Source: Vitrella brassicaformis CCMP3155 (taxonomy: Eukaryota > Protista > Chromerida). Taken from it: 64,000 nucleotides of DNA. The translations under genes and the position numbers were made by a program. Each line of letters begins with the position of its first letter. The first letter of the stretch is position 1. Shown here one piece after another: positions 42,001 to 54,784 of this stretch. Under the pieces are notes generated by a model. The model had not been told where the DNA came from and searched no databases. It saw nothing but the letters and a program-made list of their open reading frames with translations. Where the stretch lies: positions 176,741-240,740 of the forward strand of contig CDMY01000897.1 in the NCBI GenBank assembly GCA_001179505.1. Direction: 5' to 3'.

Positions 42001-45000
42001 CGATGGCGCTGTGAAGAACCCCATCGATGCCGTTGGCCCCTCTGTTGGACGCAACGCACCCCACAGGCCCTTCGTCTGACCTGCCGACATCGGGTGCGGT
42101 GGCGATGGCGTCAGGCAGCGATCCGAACGAGTCGGCGTCTCTGATGGGCATGCTGCTGGAGAGGAAGAGGCCACCGGTGCTCTGGGCGGAGCTTGCCGCG
42201 AGTCGGGCCACCTCAGGCTCACACAGCGCAGCCGAGGACGACGACCCGTCACCGCTCTCGCCTTCTTGCGCCTTCAAGAAATTGGCCGCTCCGGCGATCG
42301 CGATTGAAGTGAGGTCCGCCAGACCACAGAGCTCGCTCGCGTGGGCGACTTCACTGATGGCAGCCGGCCGGGCGACGTCGTCGAGGGCCTCCACGAAGGA
42401 GGCGATCGAGCATGTCAGCTGGTGGGTCATCACCGCATCTGGGTCGTGACAGTGAGGCTCGGGAGAGACCACGATGGTGGCAGCTTCGTTTGCTGTCTTC
42501 TTCATGGCGGTCTCGATGAGCGCATACATCCGTTTGGACGTCAGGGGGATCCCCAGCTGCAGCACCAGGTCCGTCCGCAGGTGGTGGGTGATGAAAGGGC
42601 ACCCTGCCAGCAGCAAGTCGGCAGCCGCGACGTGCTCGATCTTCTCGGCCGCCTGCTTGTTGTGCTCGTCGATGGGACCGCGAAGAGAGGAGGTGATGTC
42701 CGTCACAACAGGCCATCCGAGTTGCCCAACAAGCCAGATGGCGGCTTGCACATCGCCCTCTCTCCATTGCCCTCCACCGGCCACCACCAGGCCCCTCCTG
42801 CTACTCGAAAGTAGCGAGAGGACCTCGCTGGCGGCATCTCGCGACATCCCGCCGCCTTCGCCGGGCACGTATATGGCGTAGGGCGAGCACGACTGCTGCC
42901 ATTTCGCGAGCCGCTCGTCGCCATGACCGAAACCATCCAGGCATCCGTGCGACCAGGTCGACGCCAGGCCCGGCGTGCCGCGGACGGGGCCGCCGTCTGG
43001 TGCGAGGTTCTCGCGGAAAGGGAGGTTGAGCTGGACGGGCCCCTTGCCGCCCCCCTTGGCACCCTCTGCATGCGCCACGGCGCAGTCGACGTCGGCCAGT
43101 AGGTGACTGAGGGCGATGTGGTCGGTGGGGCAGCTCACGTCCTTCATCCACCGCACGTACTTGCCGAATATGTCGGGCTGCCAGATGGTCTGCATGCTCC
43201 CTCGGCCACGCAGCTCCGGCGGCCGATCAGCTGTGCAGAGCACCATCGGCAGCCCCGCCTGCCACGCCTCCACCACACCCGGATACAGATTCGCCACGGC
43301 AGTGCCAGAAGACACCACTATCACCGCCGCACGCCCCGTCGCCCGGGCATACCCCACACCCATGAATGCCGCCCCCCGCTCGTCGTGGACCGACGTGGTC
43401 ACCCTGGCGGCCAGTGGATGGCGTGCAAGGGCCGTGACAATCGGCGATGACCGCGATCCAGGAGCGACGAAGAAGCGCGAGATGCCGAGACGCAGGAACT
43501 CTTCGACAATGGCCACGCCCCCCATGGTGTTGATGTTGGGTGCGCTGCGCAAGCGGAGGGCGAGAGGGTGGGCGGGAGGTCCGAGGACCTCGACGAAGTT
43601 CCTCATCTTCACTGCCGTCTCGCGCCACTCGCCGCTCGCTGTGGACCCCGGCACGATGCCCGCACCCGCGAAGACATGCACTACACTCGACGGCCGGCGA
43701 CCGCTGTCATCTGGCCGGATGAGCGCCGACCGGATGGCGACGGCGAACTCGCTGCCCGTGGCTGCCACATAGCCGACCGGTCCTGCGTAAAAGCCCCGGT
43801 CGAAGTCCTCAAGGCGCCGCACCGCATCGGCAGCGATGCCCTTGGGCAGCCCACACACGGCCGCTGTTGGGTGCAGGCCATGCATGAGCCGCACGCCCAG
43901 GCGGAGCAGGCCCGAGTTGGATTGGCCGCCCCTGTCGGCCCTGTCGGTCACATCGGTGGGTGGCGCGTATGACCTCAGGGCCTGCTGGAGGTTGAGGCGC
44001 ACGGTCCTGAAGAGGTGCTGCACGTGCTTGAGCTGCTTGACCTGCAGGGATGACACCACCAGCTGCTGCGACAAGTCTGCCGGCGGCCTGGCGACCGCAC
44101 GGGCGGCCTCTGGCGACTGGAACGAGTCGCCGATGGTCGTCTCGGACTCGCTGCTGATGAAGCTCTGACCGGTGGGACTCGGGGCCGTCCGGGGGCTGTC
44201 CAGAATGCCCTCAGTCGACTGGTCGTCCTGTTGCCGGGGCGGCGGCTGGCAGGGGTCTGCCGAGTCGTGCAGACACGTGTCGAGCTGCGTGAGAGCCACT
44301 TGGATGCTCTCGAGGGTCAGGTCGAGCTCTGTGCGGTCCTTGGGGTCCTCCATCAGCTCACGCGCCAATGCATCATCTTGCTCCTGAAATGCACACACAC
44401 AAGAGCAGGCAGGCAGAATGTTGGGGACCGCTACGGCACGTGTTCGGCTACGATATCACCTTTGTCGCCCCCCGTGGCCTGGTGCCAGCAAGTGCCACGG
44501 TGGACAGCTGCTGCTGCCGAACACTCAGCAACTGCTCTGGCGTGCACCCAACAAAGCCGACAGATGCCCTGGGCTTCAGACACAACAAGTACCTGCACAC
44601 CGAACACCCACGCATCAGTGGTGGCTCTTCTGGCTTCTACGCATCCATTGTGTATGCGGCATACCCAGTGGTAGCTCGCGTCGATCCATACAGCTGCAGC
44701 AGGATATCCAGAGGCTCGAGGGCATCAGGGAACTTCAGCTGCACCGACCGAGCCAGCACCGTCTGAAATGCACGAACAAGACGACACGTCAATATCAGCT
44801 GCTCGAAGCTCTCTGGATGGCGTCATTTCTCACCTTTTTGTATTTGCCATCGGTGATATCCTGTAGTGCCGTGTTGATGGCCGCCGTCCACCTCTCGAAG
44901 GCCTCGCCGCTCTCTTCGTCGAGCGGCCGATGGGGCGGGAGGGGAGGCGGCAGACAATACGGAGGCCGCAGAACACGATCAAACTCATAACTCATCTGAA

Positions 45001-45851
45001 CCAGACAGGCGGACAGCATACAAACAGGCACCCAGTGAGGTGAGTTTCTGCAAATGCCGATCCAGAGGTCACCCCCCTCTCACCTGATGCAGCGCTTCCA
45101 GTGCCTTCCTGCGGCTCTGCCTCCACGTGAGCAGCGCTTCCTCGCCATCCTCAGCAATCGTGTCGCCACCGTCCCTCTTCCTCCTGTCGCGGTCATCACC
45201 CGCCCTCCACCGCAGTGTGAGGCTCAACGTCCACTCATACGGTTCCCGTGACCGACAACTCACTGGGTCTTCACTCCTGCGGGCCTCGTCGGTCCTCCTC
45301 TCGTTAGAAAAATCCACCTCTCGTGCTGAGCTGCCTTGCCTGTGAGATGCCGCCGCCGCTGCTGCCGTTGCGGTTCTGTGTGGTGCGGTGCGCCTGAGTT
45401 CGATAAGAGGGAGGAAGAAGAAGTGGTCTTGGAAGGCCTCCCACTCCTTGTCCCGCTCAGCCGTCACGTCGAACCGCTCGCCGCCGTAGTAGTGCACTGC
45501 GGTGGGCGCCTCCACCTGCACGTCACTCTCCGCCAGCCGTCCATTGCCCGTAATGAGGTGCGCCGCGCCAACGCCTGCCGCCACGAGGTCGCCAGAGGGG
45601 TTGGAAAAATACACCTGAGGGTGCAGGGACTGATTGCGGAGCCAGATGATCGCGTCACGAGCATTCTGGACCGCCACCGAGCACTCCCATCGACATACGC
45701 CACTCGAGAACGGCGCAGCAGTTGCATGGGTGGCAGACAGGGCGTCCTTGAGCAGCCGTCGGGCCTTCCACAGAGGCACAGGGACTGAGCTGACGGGCAC
45801 GGACGCTCCCCCCTCCTTGAGGACCGCTTGTGGGACTGCATTCTCCCCCAT
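39083..45851 (-). CDS. PHYLLO-like multifunctional naphthoquinone biosynthesis protein, domain order MenF-MenD-MenH-MenC
   Basis: MenF: KK-TVLAR, GCTPEQL, ALAGTRPRG, LHPTAAVCGLP, DRGFYAGPVG, FAVAIRSAL, FAGAGIVPGS...EWRET. MenD: APGSRSSP, HDERGAAF, SSGTAVAN, TADRPPEL, SNRGANGIDG, LGDVAALHD, NNGGGGIF. MenH: FLHGWLG, GYSMGGR, SGHAVVEEQP. MenC: GEVCPLPG, VKVKVG, RLDANQAW, EYVEEP, ALDESL, VLKP. Confidence 0.93.
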
Positions 45852-46046
45852 AAAGTCTCCGATAAAAGGGCGGCTTGCAACCGCTTTGGCAGATGTCAGC
45901 TGAAGTGTGGATTGCGCATTGAGAAGCGTTGCTGCGCTCCAGCGTTGCTGGCAACGCTTGCGTGGATTCCCCTTTGTGGATCGTCTGGCTTCAAGCTCGC
46001 GTCGACCGCGGCATTTCGTTGCGAGCGTGGCCAAGGCTAACCAACA

Positions 46047-46873
46047 ATGGCAGTTGGCCCTGTGGGTGTCCTCGGCAGAGTGTTCTTCGTAAGCGAGATC
46101 ACCACCGTCATGAATGAAGCGGAGCCGATGCGTGTACGTGTGCTGTGTGTGTGTTTCAGATAATCATCTTCATCCTCGGAAACGTCAGATCTCTCATGGT
46201 GGGCTCCTGTGCGCGTCAGATGCGTCACCGTTCACTGGGTGTTTCTGTGTCTGTTGCAGAAATGGGAGCTCAGCATCAACCAGCCTCTCAAGGCAGGGTG
46301 GGCGATGAGGAAGCATCTATGCAAAACCGCCGTCTCAACTGGTGTGTCGTTATGCAGGGTTCCTGCTGAGTACGCTCCTGCGATTGTGGTTGGGACGGCT
46401 GTGCTGGCCTTCCTGGGCTCACTCTGCATCCTTTTCGGACAGATGAAGCCGGGGTGAGGCACGACTGCGGAGGGAATCATGCATCTATCATGGAAACATG
46501 TCGTGTGTGTGTGCGCCAGTGCCGCGTGCTACACGGTGTTCCTGATCATTGTGGGCTTCACAAAGCACTACGGAGACTACTTGGCGGCCGAGGGAGACCC
46601 GCAGCAGCAGTGGATGACAATCGTCCAGGCACGCCTCACTCACTCAGTCTCACACGTCGATAAACCAAACACGCACTTGTTGTGTTTCTCTCTGCGCGTG
46701 AATGTGTATGGCTCGCCAGGTGTGCAAGAATTTGGCGCTGGTCGGTGCGTGCCTGATGTTCGTCGACTACGATAGCCAAATCAGAAAGCTCCAGGCTAAG
46801 GTAAGGCGAGTGACTCACAAAGTGCAAGCTGGATCAAGGTCTGGCTTACCGTCAGGAGAAGAAGAAGGAGTGA
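46047..46873 (+). CDS. Small polytopic membrane protein, HR-lesion/DoxX/SURF4-like, with C-terminal dilysine ER-retrieval signal
   Basis: MAVGPVGVLGRVFF|IIIFILG...hydrophobic helices...KNLALVGACLMF...KEKKKE*. Confidence 0.65.
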
Positions 46874-47184
46874 TGGATAGGTGATGACGAACCAATCAAA
46901 GTGCCGAGTGAATGACGAGTGAGTAGATCGACTCCTTCTCTCCTTTTTCACACGGACGCTTCCTGCTTAGTGCCACGCACGAGAGTCTTTTTCGTCCCGC
47001 TGAGTGTCCGTCCGATTTACTCACTGACTGACTGGCTGACTGTCTGTATGCATGTGAGTCTGTATGTCAGTCTGTATTTGTGTGATACATACATATGTGG
47101 CGACTCATATTCACTGGTCGATCGATCAAGCGCTGTGAGAAGCGAAGGCCGACCGAAAGAACACAAGTCACCAACACAGCCGTC

Positions 47185-48361
47185 ATGACGCGTGCGAGTG
47201 TGTGTGTCGTTACGATTCTGCTGGCCTTGGCTGTCGTTGGCTCGCGAGCCGATGGCGTGAGCCCAGAGAGAAGAGGAGACGAGAACTTCCCGCCGAATTC
47301 TCTGCGGCCTGCAAGCAACCCACTGACATGAAAGAGCGAATCAATCGAATCGATATGTGGCGCTCATTGGTTTGCAGGCGCCGATGGTTGATCCGGTGCG
47401 TGGCGGCCGCGGACTCATGTACCGGCCGTGGCTGGGTGAGCAGAATGAGAGGGAGACAGAGACACTCACTCTCACATAGACACACACACAGTCAGTCACG
47501 ACGGTCGTGTGTGGTGGCATTGCAATGCATTGCAGGCAAGGACATGGACGACGGTGGGAGACACAGACACATACATACACAGACAGACAGACAGACAGAC
47601 AGAGAAGGGTATATATCTGTGCGTCTCACTCAGGAGAGTTCCCCGTGCTGAATGTCGACTACGATCGGCAGATCCGCGACGTGCGCGACAGGAGAAACAG
47701 ACGGGAGAGCGCAATCAAATTCAACAGAGAGCTACGAAAGCAAACATCACGACTCGGTCAGTCAGTCAACCGTCAATCACTCAGTGAGTGGACAAACACA
47801 CATACAGACAGGCCACTCACTTTCTGTGTCTCTGTTCGATCAGGGTCTTGGCGGCGCAACATTCAGTTCCTCATCGACAGCCAGAAACAACGTGATGGAC
47901 AGACGGCTGACACACTGACAAACAAGAGACACCAACACACTTTCTCCTCCTGTGTGTGTCATTCATTGGCCAGAGATAGAGGAGCTGACTCGCATCTTCC
48001 TGCAGGAGATGCTCCAGATGCAGCAGATCGCCCAGAACGGCCCATGATCCCACCGCAGCCGCCGTCAGAGGTACCAAACAGAGAGAGACGACAGACAGAC
48101 ACGCACACCATCTCCCTCTATCCCTTTCGCTGTGTGTGTGTGTGTGTGCAGTTGACGACTGGCACTGTGTTGGGTTCGAGCATCATGCAGGACAAGGAGC
48201 GTGCGCTGCTGTACAAGAGCAACCCGTCGCTGCGTGTGAGAGGTGGCGGAGTGCTGCCGACCGGGCCCCCATCTGGCCTCAATGTGGAAGGCATCACATA
48301 CGACGACCCCGCACACGACACGCAAGACATCAGAGAATACATCAGCGACTCATTCGAGTGA
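47185..48361 (+). CDS. Hypothetical protein with signal peptide (multi-exon)
   Basis: MTRASVCVVTILLALAVVGSRA; exons join in frame through plausible GT/GC-AG sites; no family recognised. Confidence 0.5.
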
Positions 48362-48947
48362 CTGTCTGACAGTGAGTGAGGTGAGTGCGGCCGACACGAC
48401 ACACACGGCGCAAGAGAGAGATGCACACTGAGGATTGAGAGGTGGGAAGGGCGGATTGACTGAATGGATGGATGCATCGATGGACGAATGACACGTCGGC
48501 CATGAAAATGGTTAACTCGAGCCCTTGGCACCTTCTTCCACAGACACCGAAATATGCATAGGGTCCGCTCGCAGTAGAGACGCATCAGCATCGACGCGTG
48601 CACGCACCCTGGTTCGAACCAAAAAACACACACATTGGTCTCAACACGCACTTGCGCACACACCAAAAGAGGCAATGCGACACGGACGTAGCACGTGGGA
48701 GGAGAAAGGCTGCGCATGCTGGTTGAGAGAAAAGGCCCAGAGCAAGCTGATCGAGAGCGGCTGTTCGGCGGTCGAAAAACGCTTACAAGCCACGTCAATA
48801 ATGCATACAGATAAATTCGTGACATGCATCTCGAATGTAGGTAGAGACATGAATGCAATGATGTTGCAAAAAAACCATTGCAAGACACATACACATAAAC
48901 TTGACGACATGCAGGCCTTGTGCGCATCCACACACGCGGACTCCACG

Positions 48948-51062
48948 TCATTGTCTGGAGAAAAAATAGTTTCCGCCTACTCCCTTGAAGCCAAAATGGT
49001 CGACTACGCGGCCCCAGTGGTCGAGGCAGGTCTCGCGATCCTTGATGTATTGAAGCGCGTCCTCACGGGAGGTCTGCCTGAGCGCGTTCTCGACGCTGAG
49101 TTCCTCGTCGTAGAGGCACGCCTCGCCGGTCGACCCGTGTGAGTCCATGCCCGTGATCTTCACCCCGACGAAGGCGACGGTCGTCTCGCCATGCCGATGG
49201 CCATGCACGATGACGTTTCTGAAGCGGAAGCAGGGCAGGGAGGCCGGGAACGCGGTCGGTGCTGTGGGCCGGAAGTTGTCCAGCCGCCCCCAGTCCTGCA
49301 GGTAGTCGATGGTGAGGTAGTCGCCTATGTCGATGGGCTGTGTGGCAAGTGCCATGAATTTGTCGTCGGCAGGGCCGTGGTAGCCGATGGCCTCCTCATG
49401 TCGGGGCGGCTTTCCGAATGGCAGGGTATGGCGCATGGCGAAGGTGGTGAATGAGGGGTACAGCCCGATGCCCATGCCCATGCCCGCCCGGATGACAGGG
49501 TCGCTTGTCGAATACGAGGCCTGATGAGGTGTAAGTGAGGATGGATACGGACAGAAAGGAGAATACTTGAGAAACGCACCTTGTAGGGATGGTCGTCGGG
49601 TAAGTCGCCGTAGGGGACGATGCGGAATGCCTCCTCGCCCAGCCGATACCGATCGTGTTGGGTGCCTGCCTCGTGGTCGAGGCTGTCCTCCGAGCCGGCC
49701 TCCGACTCGGTCTCCTCACCTTCGTCGACGCCGTCATGCTCACGCTCCTCCTGGGCTGGCAGACAGAGAGGGAAGGAGAACAGAGAAATGTGCTCTCCCA
49801 TCGTGTGGCTGGGGGTTGTCTTAACACCTTTTGTCCTGAGCATCGCCCGGCGGTCCCTCAGCCTTGTTCTAGTGAATGGGCACACAGGCATACCCACGCA
49901 AAGGGGGATGGGCGTGTGTGCAGCGTTGTGTTGGGTTGTGTTGTGTTTGGTGTGTGTGTACCACTGCGACGGGTCGAGTTGGATGACCTTAAGGATGTCC
50001 CTGAATGCCAGCCGCCACTTGTCCTGCGACTCGTACGCAGTGCAGCGGCGGTGGTAGGCCTACACACACACCACAGACATGAAGGCCTGAATGCAGCGTA
50101 CCGTATGTCGTGATCGCTCTAGTCACCTTGACGTATTGCTGGTCGTGCTTGATGCTCTTGGTGCAGTCCTTGATCGCTTCGTCATAGTGGCCCTGCTGCA
50201 TGTGACACGCACCCCTGACCGACACACAAGACGACAGAGAACACACAGTCTGCGGCGCCCTTCTCCTCCCTCCCTCCTTGCACACACACCTGTTGGCGAG
50301 AATGATGGCTTTGAGGCCTTGCTGGTCCCGAGGACACACACGGACCGCCTCTGCCCAACGGACACACACCCACACCCCATACACATGTCGTGGTTCCCAC
50401 CCCACCCACGCACCCACGCCCTCACCTGAGTAGAGCTTGATGGCATCGTCGTATCGCCCCTCACGATAGTGCACGTTCCCCGCCTCCTTGAGCCGCTCGC
50501 ACGCCGCCTTGTCCATCAACACCAGGGCCTTCGGGTGGCCACGCCTGGTCAGCAGCTGCCCGAATGTCTTGTAGATGCCGATGGCTAGCGGCAGCTGTCT
50601 GAAGGCCGTTGTGCTGGGGATGGTGTCCATGATGCCCTGAGGCGGCAGCCGTATCGGCAGCTGCTCCACCACCTCGAAGTTCTTGGCCACCCGGGCGTGA
50701 AGTGCCATCGACGGCCACACGGCCGCGCCCTCCTCAAACACCCAGGCGCAGCGGGAGAGGTAGCCGAAGTAGGTGAGCCCATCGGGCATCACCACATCAG
50801 CAGGTGCATCTGTCGGGGCGCTCGTCGGGGCGGCTCCATCTGCCTCGTCATCCTGGTTGCTGTCCTCATCTTGATGCTGCCGCTGGACGTCGAAGAGTCC
50901 GTCGAGGCCGTGGCGGGTCAGGGAGCCCTCGATGCGGCGGAGCATCACCGTGCTGTTGATGAGAGATCCCTCAGTGCCGGAGATGCATCTGACGGGGAGC
51001 ATGTCATGGATGGTGCCGAAGCGGCTGCTCCGCCACAGATCCAGGGGCACCTGATGCGACAT
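48948..51062 (-). CDS. TPR-repeat protein with a C-terminal degenerate SET-like segment (SMYD-like)
   Basis: LKEAGNVHYREGRYDDAIKLYS, ANRGACHMQQGHYDEAIKDCTKSI, AYHRRCTAY (3 TPRs); GIGLYPSF...ALATQPIDIGDYLTIDY (SET C-terminal signature). Confidence 0.7.
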
Positions 51063-51233
51063 GAGGACTGCGAGAAATGCACGCGAGAGAGAAGTTCTGT
51101 AAGGGAAGTGTCGAAGGTGCAAGTCGGTCCAGGGTTTAGGGTCTAGGGTTCATAGGCTGACGAAGGCGAGCTCAAAACCGACGACGGGAAGATCTGCCCT
51201 TGGGATTCATTCAAAGATGCTTCTAATGCGACG

Positions 51234-53073
51234 ATGCAGTCCCTCTTGCCCGTCATGACGCGACAAAGGTACGCGAAACAACGTCCATCTCACTAATCTC
51301 TCCTCTGTGCGTGTGTGAGCGACTCATTCATCTGGCATGCAGGAAAAGCAGCCGTCAGTCATCGACCGACTTGCCTGCCGCATCTTCCCCCGACCCGACA
51401 GCTGCCGCATTCTGGACAAAGCCAAAACTCTATGTTGCCGTCGGTGCGGCGGCGGCTGTCCTGACCGCCACTGCAGTGACGCTGCTGGTGGTCTTCCTGC
51501 AGCACCGAGATGAAGAGGTGGATGACGGCTCGGTGAGGTTTTATTCGTATGAGGTTTTGCAGCGGATCCCTCACGTCCACAGTGTGCCACCGAGTGGAGA
51601 TGCAGTAAGCGGGGTGCGGCCATTCACACAGGGGCTGTTCTTCCTCAACGAGAGTGTGGTGGTGGAGTCGGGCGGCTGGTACGGCGAGAGCATCATCAGG
51701 AAATGGGTACCTATGTGGGTCAGTGTGTGGGTCATTGAGTGGTTGGCAAATGGTCCAATCTTTGCTTTTGTTGCCTGTTGGTTTGTGCGTGTGTGCAGAG
51801 CTTCCCGAGTGGCGACACATTGGCCCATCATGACTTGTCGCCCGACCTGTTTGGCGAGGGCACGGTGAGGTTCAACGATTCCATCCTGCAGCTCACATGG
51901 TGAGGGTGGTGAGGGGAGGGGCGGGAGATGCACCAATCGCCCACGTGTGTGTGTGCAGGCGAGAGGGCCTCCTGTAAGCAATGTCGACCAACCAGAAACC
52001 ACCCACCTGCTGGCAGACGGACCGCCTTCGATATGTTCAGGCTGGCGTATGACGTCGACTCCCTCACGCCCACTCAGCAATACGCCCTGCCCTTCGTCGT
52101 AAGCACGCCCAACACACACGAAGGCAGGCAGGCAGGCATCTGTGTGTGTGTTGGTGTGTTAGGGGTGGGGACTGGCGACGGACGGCGAGAGGTTGTGGGC
52201 AACGACAGGAGACTCCTTCCTGCGGACCATCACACTCCAGGAGCAGAGGGGCGACGTGCCTGCACAGGTGCACGTCACCAACAGAACCAAGGTCAGTGCA
52301 GTGCGCTGCGCGTGTGGGCGGGTGGTAAGACCGACACGGACAGACACACAGTCTGGTAGATGGTTGGTTCTGCTGATTGGCCGGCCAGATTGTGTGTCTG
52401 GGGCGGACGGTGTCGCGCGTCAACGAACTTGAAGTGAGTGAATGCATTGCAAGGCTGCCTCGACGTGTGGGGTGGATGGGTCGAGGGTGTGCAGTACTGG
52501 GAGGGCCGTATATGGGGCAATGCGTTCGGCGAGACCTACGTGCTGGAGATCGACCCACACACAGGCCAGTGCACCAGGTGAGTGAGGTGCCTACACACAC
52601 ATACACACACACGCAAGTGTGTCGACCGTGTGTGTGCCTTTGTGCAGCATGGTGAGTCTGAAAGGGCTGTATGACCCCGCCACGTCAGCCTACGTCACAA
52701 CGCACGACCTGGGGTACAGTCAGGACACGCACCCACATGGACGGACACACTCACACAAATAGTTATGATGGAGATACCGATGGCTGGCTGGGATGATCTG
52801 TGCTGTGCTCGTGTCCGGCTGGCTGCCAACAGGAATGACGTGTTGAATGGCATCGCACACCACACATCACTCGGACCACAGAGGTGACTGACTGACGGAA
52901 ATGACTGACACGCCCGACGAACGAGTCTCTCAAGCCCCCACACCACACCACAGCCACCACCGACCTGTCTGCCTACCTGCCTGTGTGTGAATAATGTATG
53001 TGTGTGTAGGATGCTCGTGACGGGCAAGAGGTGGCCCTTCCTGTGGGTCATCAAACTCAAACCAGGTCGGTAG
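51234..53073 (+). CDS. Glutaminyl-peptide cyclotransferase (type I, plant/bacterial/apicomplexan QC), N-terminally membrane anchored
   Basis: PFTQGL..ESGGWYGES, LFGEG, QLTW, GWGLATDG, VNELE, IDPHTG, DVLNGIA, LVTGKRWP; TM segment YVAVGAAAAVLTATAVTLLVVFL. Confidence 0.9.
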
Positions 53074-54516
53074 GTGATCGACACACACAGGTGGTGTCTG
53101 TATGGGTGCGTCTGTCTGTCTGTCTGCCTGTCTGTGTATGTGCAGTGCGTCCGAGTGAGCCCATATCGAGATGGAGCGACATCCGGACCAAGCTAAAGGG
53201 ATTCTTGTAAGATAGTGGGCTGTCAATGAATTAGTCACTGAGGCGACTGCCTGCCTGACGCGATATGCGTCAAATACAGATTAGTGGTGTGTGTTTATGT
53301 GTGTGGATAGTGTCCATTTGGCATCGATTGATTGGCATGAACGCATCACTTCGTGGGCACAACACGTCGGCATGGCATGGTCGGTACCATGCTCTCCATG
53401 ATCACACTCACTCACTCATGCAGCAACAATACATACACCATCCATCCACCGTACACCATGTGTGTTGTCTGTCAATTCGCATCTGTCTGTCCGTCACCTC
53501 ACACGCATGCCAGCCGCACACCGACGCCAAACGGACGACACGAGGGAAGGCACCATTCACACACACACACACTCTATCCATTCCATGGCGTCGCATGAGT
53601 CAGCTGCATCACTCACACTCAGATGAGTTTCCACTCGTCAGTCAGGCGATCTGTGATAGCTATTCCCCCACCTTACTTAGCACTGACACACGCCATGCAT
53701 GCCGTACACACACCAACAGCAGCCACATGAAGCCCCCGGTCCCCGTCCCCCCGCCGCACTGCACGGCGTATCTCTGTGGGTGGCGAAGGAATCACAAACA
53801 GGCAAAGCGACACTGGAGACACCACAAACGTATGTATGCACACAATGACATCTCCCTCCCTCCCTCCCTCCCTCTCTGTCTTGTGTGTGTGCGCCCGGAA
53901 GAAGGAAAGATGAGGCAGCGATGGTGAGGCAGACACCGGGCAGACACACGAACACGTACCCAGCTAGATGCCCTGTTGAATGGATGGACGGTTGGTGTGA
54001 TTGAGGCGAGAAACGCCACGCCCAGCCATCGCCAAAGAGAGCGACAACAGGCCACACATACACACATTGGGGGAGCGATGAGGCACCAGCAAAGCATGAC
54101 ATTACATGCCACAATTGCCCAGCGAGTGTGCCATGTAATCTACCTCTTAGCAGTATTGTGGCCGTGTTCGTGCTCGTGCTCTGCACAGTGCACCATCCGA
54201 CCGCCCGACTATGTGTGTGTGTGTTGTTCTGTCTGCCGCAGTAAGTCAAATCGCATATGTGTGTCTTCCATCCCGTCACCCCCACGCACGCACACCCAGC
54301 AAGGGGGACAAAAAAGAGGAAGACACCATCCCATCACTGACACCATCCACTCCATTGCATTGCACCGGTCACTAGCGAGGCAGCTGCATCGCACAACACA
54401 CATGAGTTGTCACTAGCTAAGCGGCACACAGACATTCTCGACAACAAGAACGACAAAACACGGCACACTTGTTACGCGTGGGTAGCCGACACGTAGAGAG
54501 TGGCCGTCCATGTCTC

Positions 54517-54753
54517 TCAGGAGTATCTTGGCGAGAGGCAGCTGGCGAACCAGGAGAGCGGGTTCAACCACGAGAACGCCCCCGCCTTCTTGTCAACCTC
54601 TGGCACCTGCACAAGCACAACGGCCGAGAGGGAACCACACATTTGACTGCATGCTGTGTGTGCTGTTCTGAAGGCGTTCGTACGTTGTTGGTGAGCTTCG
54701 ATGAGGTATGGAGGGAGGGGATTGCCGCTGGTTTGACGGTCTCGGCCATCTCC

Positions 54754-54784
<31 letters not shown>

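Noticed and set aside
53265-54416. Several 100-220 aa ORFs in the QC/hypothetical intergenic region (similar ones at 61100-62700)
   Set aside because: Translations are dominated by microsatellite-derived HT/CV runs; no coding signal
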